DNA from: Bacillota bacterium
Lineage (GTDB): Bacteria; Bacillota_I; Bacilli_A; Izemoplasmatales; Hujiaoplasmataceae
Reading direction: 5' to 3'
NCBI GenBank assembly: GCA_018816905.1
Contig: JAHIVB010000013.1
Span: 108,880-172,879 of the forward strand
Length of the DNA: 64,000 bases
In this document: in pieces, positions 58,043 to 64,000 of the stretch
Position numbering within the stretch: the stretch's first letter is position 1
How the letters are laid out: each line of letters begins with the position of its first letter
The notes under the pieces: model-generated
What the model saw: the letters and a program-made list of their open reading frames with translations, nothing else
Databases searched by the model: none
What the model was told of the DNA's origin: nothing
Made by a program: the position numbers and the translations under genes

Positions 58043-58348
58043 TTAACTTAATCGTCTAATTCTCTTAATATTAAAGATGATTCCAAATATTGTGGCAGCA
58101 ATTGTTAAGATAAGTAAGAGTATATAGGCAGCAATGTTGTTTGGATTATCAGTGTTCATTATATTGATTATTTGTTTAACGCACAAAATTAAACCAATTG
58201 GAATCCAAACAAATAGTATAACGTATGATATCCTTATTTCTAAAAGACCTCTATCTGTTACCTTTCTTGATTTTTCTTTGAATAGTGATTCCAAATCCAA
58301 CTTTACTTCAGTTTCAAATTCACTTATTTCTTTTTTATCTTCTATCAT
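58043..58348 (-). CDS. small two-TM membrane protein of unknown function
   Basis: 101 aa; RBS GGAGG 7 nt upstream; charged N-terminus followed by two hydrophobic helices. Confidence 0.5.
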   Translation of the reverse strand: MIEDKKEISEFETEVKLDLESLFKEKSRKVTDRGLLEIRISYVILFVWIPIGLILCVKQIINIMNTDNPNNIAAYILLLILTIAATIFGIIFNIKRIRRLS

Positions 58349-58714
58349 CCTTTTACCTCCATAATTAGATATTATTTATACTACTTTTTTTCAAGAATAT
58401 AATTATACTAAATTTATAGTTTGTTCAAACTCTTATTGATGTTATCCATTGCAGATAATAGTCCAATTAAAAATAAAACAGCTCCAAATACTACTAAGAC
58501 TCTTTGATTAAGACAGATTAACATTATTATACCTTCACTCTAACTTTTTGGAGTCACTTCATTCTTCTATGTGTAAACCACCTTGTTTTGATACAAATAG
58601 GCACAATACGATTACCTTTCGGCCCACCATAATAAGGATTATACTCAATCTCCTTTCAATGAACCTATTCCAATCGTATAGGATTCTTGATAATATAATA
58701 CCCAAAAATGATAG

Positions 58715-59221
58715 CTAAACGACTAATTTGATGAATATTGGAAGTTTTTCATCTGGATCGATTAAGTGACTATCAATGAATCCTACAGATTCCCAAAAAG
58801 GAAGTCCAGTGACTTCGTCTGGAGTCAAATAAATATGGTTTGCACCATCAGCTTTTAAGACATTTTCGATATGTTGGAAAAACATCCTCCCATATCCTAG
58901 TCTTCGTCTATCTTTCGCAATATATAATCCCATGATATAACCATATCCTTTGTCGATAAGTCCCTTGATTCCTCCTAAATCGATTGCAAAGTTACATATT
59001 CCAATACATTCGTCATTAACATACATAAGTTCAAAATGCATCGTATCGCGTAATCTTTGTATTCCAATTCTTTTCATCAAGTTATCAGTAACTTGGGTGA
59101 CATCGTAGTGTTCGTCTCTGTGCTCCTTCATTTCGGCTGTAAATGGCAACCAAAGAGATTTAGCATCTTGGATATGCTTTTCGTTTTCCTTTTGAATTTG
59201 AATATAGTATATTGTATTCAT
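58715..59221 (-). CDS. GNAT-family N-acetyltransferase
   Basis: 168 aa; acetyl-CoA motif region IAKDRRRLGYGRMFFQ. Confidence 0.7.
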   Translation of the reverse strand: MNTIYYIQIQKENEKHIQDAKSLWLPFTAEMKEHRDEHYDVTQVTDNLMKRIGIQRLRDTMHFELMYVNDECIGICNFAIDLGGIKGLIDKGYGYIMGLYIAKDRRRLGYGRMFFQHIENVLKADGANHIYLTPDEVTGLPFWESVGFIDSHLIDPDEKLPIFIKLVV

Positions 59222-59462
59222 TTTCCCTTCTTTCGTTTCCTCAATAAAATGTGTTATGGCAATATTATAGCATTTTTATGAAAAAAACTATGACTCAATG
59301 GTATTTATTTTTAGTAATCGTGTTTTTATTTAGACTTAATGGTTACAATTGACAAATATGACCAACTTACTCTTTTAGTTTACGTAACTATGATGGTGAA
59401 AAGACTTTATTAAGGCGCAAAAAAAAGGACTGATAAATAGTATCAATCCTGGTCTTGTTATA

Positions 59463-59606
59463 TGTCTTGTCATTCGCAAGTTTATCATGAAAATAGGGCA
59501 ATCCACTCAAGTTGCTCTATATGACATTATCAAGTTGCTTTTTTTGAAGAAACTCGTATGCATATGATATCACAACCCACTGTTCAAAAACCATACCAAT
59601 CCAATT
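59463..59606. repeat. composite repeat: short D-type copy 3 + solo IS3 left-end fragment (A-type)
   Basis: TGTCTTGTCATTCGCAAGTTTATC...is followed, after about 70 nt, by GCATATGATATCACAACCCACTGTTCAAAAACCATACCAATCCAAT. The distal part overlaps the 3' end of the HTH ORF. Confidence 0.65.
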
Positions 59607-59914
59607 CTTGTACTTCGTTCAGCTGCGATGATCTCCGGATTGAATTTCTTTGGATTGAGCGAAATCTTCCTGGAAGAGGTACGCCACTCCCTGGTAAAAA
59701 AATCCTGGGTCCGTTCAGATGTCCGTTCATTCAAATCAAGATCATCAAAGAACTTCAGATATTTCTCGACAGTAGATTCCGGGATATCAGTTTTAGCAGA
59801 GATGTCTTTATTTGATACTGTTACATGATAGTTATTTACACATTCGTTGTAGATCCAAGATATTAGCTTCAGTTGATTTCGATTGAGTTGAGACAAAATA
59901 TCATTCGTTAACAC
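59570..59914 (-). CDS. putative helix-turn-helix DNA-binding protein
   Basis: Probable GTG start at 59914 (RBS GGAGGTGA 4 nt upstream). The track's TTG at 59935 is unlikely. The last roughly 12 codons read into the IS-end repeat, so the native C-terminus may be altered. Confidence 0.4.
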   Translation of the reverse strand: MLTNDILSQLNRNQLKLISWIYNECVNNYHVTVSNKDISAKTDIPESTVEKYLKFFDDLDLNERTSERTQDFFTREWRTSSRKISLNPKKFNPEIIAAERSTRIGLVWFLNSGL

Positions 59915-59994
59915 GTTTTCACCTCCAAAACGCAAAAAAAGGCGTGATTTCTCACACCTTTGAATGTAGTTATACTTATATTTTGCCGTCTTTT

Positions 59995-60023
59995 ATTATA
60001 TCAAAGATATAATAAATTGTCAA
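59995..60023 (-). promoter_or_regulatory. perfect consensus sigma-A promoter (TTGACA-17-TATAAT)
   Basis: Minus-strand TTGACA (60023-60018), a 17-nt spacer, then TATAAT (60000-59995). Lies about 80 nt upstream of the HTH gene and just downstream of the candidate immunity gene. Confidence 0.6.
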
Positions 60024-60073
60024 TATTTCTATTAAATATTCATTGGTAGGCCAAATACTCGTATTTGGTACAT

Positions 60074-61075
60074 TTACTTTAATTTATTTACTTTTTTCAT
60101 TACGTCGATTAAATCCATTGAAGTAACTCGTCTTTGAAAATCTGATCCATAAATTTTGTTCATTCGAAGATTGTAGTTTTTATATAGCATGATTAATTGA
60201 TTATATAAACGCATCCACAGATAAAAAGTTGTCTCTTTTCCATCATTATGAATATATTCATTTGCAGGTAAAACTGGTTGAGGGAAGTTGCTCAAATAAT
60301 GCAGCTTTGTTGGGTAATTTTTTTTGATTTTCCATATTGCAATCCTATAGATTGGAAGATATCCAAATTCATCTGTAGGATAGTACTTCGTTTCTTTCTC
60401 TTTCAATTGTTCAACAATACTTTTTCTTCCATCAAACGGAAATAATCTTTCGTCATAAAAATTACTGAATACTTGAATATACTCAAGTTTATTATATTCC
60501 TCAATCGTCGTAGGTATGCTGGAAGAATCACATATTTTTGAATATACAACCGGTAATATATCATTAAGAAATGGAAACTCATCCACTTTTTGAAAAAGAA
60601 TCCACTTTCCATAATATTGCTCATCATCTACAAGTTCTTGATCCAATTCAATACAATATACATCCCACTTGTTCCAAGAGTTATTCGTTAACACGAATGG
60701 TTTAAGTTTTGAAGGATTGGAATTCGATTCAGATAAAATATACTTAATCTCATTCTTTATTTCATCAACACAGTCAGATAAGTCTAGAGATTCAGTAACT
60801 ATACACTTATGCATATCAAAGTGAAGAACTTGATCTTTTAGAACAGAAAGAAAGGACTCAAATTGAATGTTATATTTCCATAGAGTATAAGAGATACCTA
60901 TCCAAGATAGATACCATAGACACTCATTTGATTTTGCATTCATATCAATCTTTGTAGAAACCAAATTGAATAATTCCTTTTGATTCATACCCCTGTTGTA
61001 ATCGTGCAAACACACTTCACAAATATCAGTTATTACAGGAATTTTGGTAATCATTTGAAGATTTTTCAGTTTCAT
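60074..61075 (-). CDS. hypothetical protein, candidate immunity protein for the adjacent GIY-YIG RHS toxin module
   Basis: 333 aa with no recognisable family. Starts 34 nt after the toxin-module stop (RBS GGAG). Very AT-rich. Position immediately downstream of the toxin C-terminal domain fits the usual toxin/immunity arrangement. Confidence 0.5.
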   Translation of the reverse strand: MKLKNLQMITKIPVITDICEVCLHDYNRGMNQKELFNLVSTKIDMNAKSNECLWYLSWIGISYTLWKYNIQFESFLSVLKDQVLHFDMHKCIVTESLDLSDCVDEIKNEIKYILSESNSNPSKLKPFVLTNNSWNKWDVYCIELDQELVDDEQYYGKWILFQKVDEFPFLNDILPVVYSKICDSSSIPTTIEEYNKLEYIQVFSNFYDERLFPFDGRKSIVEQLKEKETKYYPTDEFGYLPIYRIAIWKIKKNYPTKLHYLSNFPQPVLPANEYIHNDGKETTFYLWMRLYNQLIMLYKNYNLRMNKIYGSDFQRRVTSMDLIDVMKKVNKLK

Positions 61076-61108
61076 ATTTTACATCTCCGATTTCTATCTT
61101 CTTGTTAA

Positions 61109-61954
61109 CTAATATGGAATTCCGGCCATATCTAGTAAGAGTAAACAATCGCTCTCCATCGCATTCATTAATAGTTCAGAATTATATCTTATATTTGATA
61201 TGCTTAAAATTCTATTCTCTAAAGGTGGCAGACCCAATATCAATATATATTCAGTCTCATATACTCTCGCTTCAGCTAGAGATATGTTTCCAATAATAAT
61301 ACTGTCGGCAGTTATCCTCTCACCATACCTTTTTCGATGGGCAGCCAATCTCCTAGGGTAGTTATTTGTGATTCCAACGTAGAAGACCCCGTCTTTATCA
61401 AATAATGCATAAACACAGTATCCACTCGAATGCGCTTGGGTGTATGCGGTTGCTGTAGCGATTGCTATTGCTATTACAGAAAATTTAAATTCTGTGCTTA
61501 CTTTATCGGCTAAATTAATCAGTTTGTCTACTAGATTATTAATTCCTCCTAAAAGTCCATTATATAATGAATCCGCACCGGGAATACCAATTTCCGTGGC
61601 AACGTATAGTATGAGTAATACAAATAAAGCAGCCAGAATTCCAATTGAAACAAGGGTAAATGTGGTTGGCTCGTAGCCGTTGTAATCAATGTAACTGGAT
61701 GGATTATTTAAGCAATACGCGTACATATTTGTTGAAGTAATATCCCCCGCTTTTCCGAGTAACCCATCAGAATTAATAAATCTACCAATTTCAGGATAAT
61801 AATATCTACTATTTAAGTAATAGAGTCCTGTTTCTTGATCAAATCTATATCCTCGATATCTATATGAGTTTTTCACTGCGAGACCGATTCCTGAATTGTC
61901 GGTTACCTCAGTAATATTCCCCCAGGCGTCATACTCGTATTCAACAACGATCAC
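61109..61954 (-). CDS. 5'-truncated/orphan RHS-repeat C-terminal module carrying a GIY-YIG nuclease toxin domain
   Basis: Begins directly inside RHS core-end sequence (YDAWGNIT...YRYRGYRFDQETGLYYLNSRYYYPEIGRFINSDGL). A hydrophobic segment follows, then GIY-YIG motifs GYCVYALFDKDGVFYVGITNNYPRRLAAHRKRYG. A GTG start and an in-frame stop 2 codons upstream show there is no upstream RHS body. Confidence 0.75.
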   Translation of the reverse strand: MIVVEYEYDAWGNITEVTDNSGIGLAVKNSYRYRGYRFDQETGLYYLNSRYYYPEIGRFINSDGLLGKAGDITSTNMYAYCLNNPSSYIDYNGYEPTTFTLVSIGILAALFVLLILYVATEIGIPGADSLYNGLLGGINNLVDKLINLADKVSTEFKFSVIAIAIATATAYTQAHSSGYCVYALFDKDGVFYVGITNNYPRRLAAHRKRYGERITADSIIIGNISLAEARVYETEYILILGLPPLENRILSISNIRYNSELLMNAMESDCLLLLDMAGIPY

Positions 61955-62018
61955 ACTGGATTAAGTGCTTTTTAAACAGTATTTAATAATAAACTCATAT
62001 ACATACAAATCATATCAT

Positions 62019-63020
62019 TTAAGAGGCTGATATGCAAGCCTGATTTTGAATTCTGTAACTAATTGGTGTCATGTAATTCAGAGTAGAATGCATTCTCTTT
62101 CTGTTGTAGAATATTTCAATATATTGAAATAAATCGTTTTCGACTTCAGAGGAATTTTCATAAGATCTTCGGTAGATGCATTCTTTTTGAAGACAAGCAA
62201 AAAAGCTCTCCATACAAGAGTTGTCGTAAGGGCATCCTCCGCGACTCATACTTTGAACCTTCCCATAGTCATCAAGGATATTCTTGAATCCTGCACTTGC
62301 GTACTGGCTACCTCTATCACTGTGAAAAACGGTTCCTTGAACTTCAGGATACCTGGCTATTGCATTAGAGATAGCTTGTTTCACTAATTCCGTGTCGATA
62401 TTCTTACTAGTTGAATAACCAATGACCTCACGGTTATAAAGATCCATAACAGCAGCTAAGTAATACCAACCTAGACCGGTTTTAATATAAGTAATATCAC
62501 TTACCCATATTTTGTTTGGTTCTTCTACACTAAACTTTCTATCAACGATATTGTCTGCATATCTTGATAGAATCTTTTTATATGAATAGGGTCTGAATTT
62601 CTTTTGGGTGATAGAATATAATCCGTTTTCCCGCATGATTCTGCGGACTTTCCATTCACTTAATCGTGTTCCTTCTGTTTCTAATTGTCTTTGTATTTTC
62701 CGGACTCCGTAGATTTCTTTACTGTCTGAAAACACTTTATTCACGGATTGAACCAGCGATCGTTCTGATTCCTTCCTTATATTTCTTCTCTTTTCTTGTT
62801 TTTTCCATTGGTAAAATGCTCGCTCTGGGATTTCAAGGACTCTGCACATCTTCCTCACGCTGTGTTGCGAGCATAGCCTATACATGGCTTCACATTTCAT
62901 GCGCGCTGTTCCATGAAGATGTGCAGGGATTATTTTAGGATCTCTACCTTTTCTCTTTCTTCTTCCAATAATCTGTTTTTTTGTTTTAGTTCTTTTTCTA
63001 ATTCCTTCACTTTGATCCAA
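62019..63020 (-). CDS. IS3-family transposase OrfB (DDE integrase core), expressed as OrfAB fusion by -1 frameshift
   Basis: DDE/rve-type motifs (..SDITY.., ..HSDRGSQY..). It overlaps orfA by 91 nt in the -1 frame. Confidence 0.85.
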   Translation of the reverse strand: MDQSEGIRKRTKTKKQIIGRRKRKGRDPKIIPAHLHGTARMKCEAMYRLCSQHSVRKMCRVLEIPERAFYQWKKQEKRRNIRKESERSLVQSVNKVFSDSKEIYGVRKIQRQLETEGTRLSEWKVRRIMRENGLYSITQKKFRPYSYKKILSRYADNIVDRKFSVEEPNKIWVSDITYIKTGLGWYYLAAVMDLYNREVIGYSTSKNIDTELVKQAISNAIARYPEVQGTVFHSDRGSQYASAGFKNILDDYGKVQSMSRGGCPYDNSCMESFFACLQKECIYRRSYENSSEVENDLFQYIEIFYNRKRMHSTLNYMTPISYRIQNQACISAS

Positions 63021-63241
63021 TTTTCATCTTTACTCACTCTTGGACCTTTTACAATTCCCTTTTCGTCTGAGTAAGTTGGCATTTTATTCTTTCTTCTAAA
63101 ATCTCTTACCCACCGACATACTGTGTTAATGTCAATTCCTAATTCTTCTGCGACTGAAGTAGCTGATCTTCCTGAATCGATGATGAACTTTGAGGTTCTT
63201 TCTCTCATTTCATCTGAGTATTTACTATTATTGCTTGGCAT
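62930..63241 (-). CDS. IS3-family transposase OrfA (HTH)
   Basis: MPSNNSKYSDEMRERTSKFII...ATSVAEELGIDINTVCRWV HTH, with a leucine-zipper-like C-terminus. Start probably ATG at 63241 or 63259, not 63271. Confidence 0.8.
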   Translation of the reverse strand: MPSNNSKYSDEMRERTSKFIIDSGRSATSVAEELGIDINTVCRWVRDFRRKNKMPTYSDEKGIVKGPRVSKDENWIKVKELEKELKQKNRLLEEEREKVEILK

Positions 63242-63548
63242 GGGGTTTATACCTTTCATTTTTCTATGCATATGATATCACAACCCACTGTTCTAAAACC
63301 ATACCAGTCCAAATTGAATTTAACAACATGTCTTCCCTTGCGCATTTGCATTATTTACGATTACATTCTTTGCTTCAACTTGGATTTAAGAAGGATTCAG
63401 AAATTGAAGCTGCCAAATGTATTGCTAGTGCAATAGCAAAAGGGAACACAGAAGAAAAAAAGTTTTTTTAAAAGAGCTTGAATTCGATCATAAGATTAAT
63501 CCAATTGATTTATTGAAGCGTCATCAAGACTCGATATAGAAAGTAAAA

Positions 63549-63582
63549 ATGCAGGCAACATTAAGTTGTCTGCATTTTTTTG
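63549..63582 (+). terminator. intrinsic terminator ATGCAGGCAAC-attaa-GTTGTCTGCAT + T7
   Basis: 10-bp stem with one mismatch, followed by TTTTTTT on the plus strand. Confidence 0.6.
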
Positions 63583-63667
63583 GGTTTTCACATAGAAAGA
63601 ATTGCCTTTTTCGGTAACGAATATTTAAACTGACTGTCTTCATCGTCAGTGCAGTTTTCATTTATAG

Positions 63668-63830
63668 TGTCTTGTCATTACTAAGTTTATCGCGTTTTTT
63701 AACAGAAAAATAGCGTGTTTCACTCTCTTACCATACCAAGTTTACTGTTTTTGCACTAGAAGCTTATAGCTTTAAGCACAATCGTCATAAAAAGTGTTTT
63801 ATCTCTTGACATATATTTGATATGATTTCA
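63668..63830. repeat. dispersed repeat, D-type copy 4 plus partial A-type half
   Basis: TGTCTTGTCATTACTAAGTTTATC...AAAAATAG...CCATACCAAGTTTACTGTTTTTGCACTAGAAGCTT...AAGCACAATCGTCA...TGATATGATTTCAATCAATTCAT. Confidence 0.65.
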
Positions 63831-64000
63831 ATCAATTCATTTATTTTTTAATCTTACATATATACCATATGTCATTTCCTTCAAATCCACAATCAGTATA
63901 TAATTTTATTGGATTAGATATATTTTCCAATCTACCTGAAACTGTGATAAAATCAGCTATTTTTGACAGTCTATTTATTAATGCATTTACAATTAACTTC

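Larger units (their letters stand above)
61966..63315 (-). mobile_element. IS3-family insertion sequence (about 1.35 kb) with orfA/orfB and a programmed -1 frameshift
   Basis: OrfA is an HTH protein and OrfB a DDE integrase. Imperfect terminal inverted repeats TGCTTTTTAAACAGT (61966-61980) and TGGTATGGTTTTAGAACAGTGGG (revcomp of 63287-63309) match at about 17 of 20 positions. Slippery heptamer A-AAA-AAC lies at 62976-62982 in the orfA/orfB overlap. Confidence 0.8.

Noticed and set aside
59915-59935. TTG start for the HTH ORF as given by the track
   Set aside because: No RBS. A GTG 7 codons downstream is preceded by GGAGGTGA, and the consensus promoter is positioned for that start.
61955-63340. 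Interpreting the IS as having simply split an intact full-length rhs gene
   Set aside because: No long minus-strand ORF continues beyond the IS left end, and an in-frame stop precedes the GTG of the RHS-CT ORF. The module is more likely an orphan or displaced tip than a simple IS-split gene.
1-64000. tRNA, rRNA, CRISPR, prophage structural genes, integrases (other than the IS3 DDE transposase)
   Set aside because: No cloverleaf-compatible GC-rich segments, no repeat-spacer arrays, and no capsid, terminase or tyrosine-recombinase motifs were seen in any frame.

Overview
This looks like a low-GC Gram-positive (Bacillota-type) chromosomal segment from an anaerobic, fermentative organism. Coding is almost entirely on the minus strand, and there are no rRNA genes, tRNA genes or CRISPR arrays. 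All annotations below come from reading the translations and DNA by eye, without searches.

**Gene content, left to right**
- 0.1-4.2 kb: housekeeping genes (SDR epimerase-like, deoxynucleoside kinase, pyroglutamyl-peptidase, HAD hydrolase) and a LacI-family regulator.
- 4.3-12.1 kb: a two-gene surface operon driven by a consensus sigma-A promoter. It encodes a LamG-GDPD phosphodiesterase with a tandem acidic DP-repeat anchor, and a roughly 1,618-aa lipoprotein built from six tandem Ig-like plus CBM4/9-like modules.
- 12.2-19.3 kb: a branched-chain amino acid fermentation operon. Gene order is leucine dehydrogenase, an uncharacterised P-loop protein, 2-oxoacid:ferredoxin oxidoreductase delta/alpha/beta/gamma, phosphate butyryltransferase and butyrate kinase.
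- 19.5-25.3 kb: a proline catabolic cluster. It has a five-gene sarcosine-oxidase/HcnABC/archaeal-PDH-like flavo-iron-sulfur dehydrogenase, P5C dehydrogenase, and an unknown Cys-rich protein. Both catabolic operons (this one and the branched-chain amino acid operon above) carry cre-like sites at their promoters.
- 25.4-34 kb: an ABC-2 exporter, pdxR divergent from pdxST, Zn-ribbon methyltransferase and TM2 proteins, and flotillin with NfeD.
- 34.1-43.6 kb: a complete type II fatty-acid synthesis and acetyl-CoA carboxylase cluster, acpP-accBCDA-fabHKDGFZ, ending in a short birA.
- 44-54 kb: GH2 glucuronidase, M29 aminopeptidase, MATE exporter, an acidic PE-repeat membrane protein, DegV, three unknown envelope proteins, NADH oxidase/CoA-disulfide reductase, and an unannotated 50-aa lysine-rich ORF.
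- 54.6-56 kb: a BspA-type LRR surface protein.
- 56-64 kb: an AT-rich accessory island. It holds a 5'-truncated RHS C-terminal toxin module with a GIY-YIG nuclease domain, a candidate immunity gene, HTH, GNAT, small-membrane and methyltransferase genes, an IS3-family insertion sequence with a programmed -1 frameshift, and a family of dispersed repeats that includes solo IS-end fragments.

**Most novel-looking parts**
- The polymorphic-toxin/immunity island with its repeat scaffold.
- The six-module carbohydrate-binding surface lipoprotein operon.
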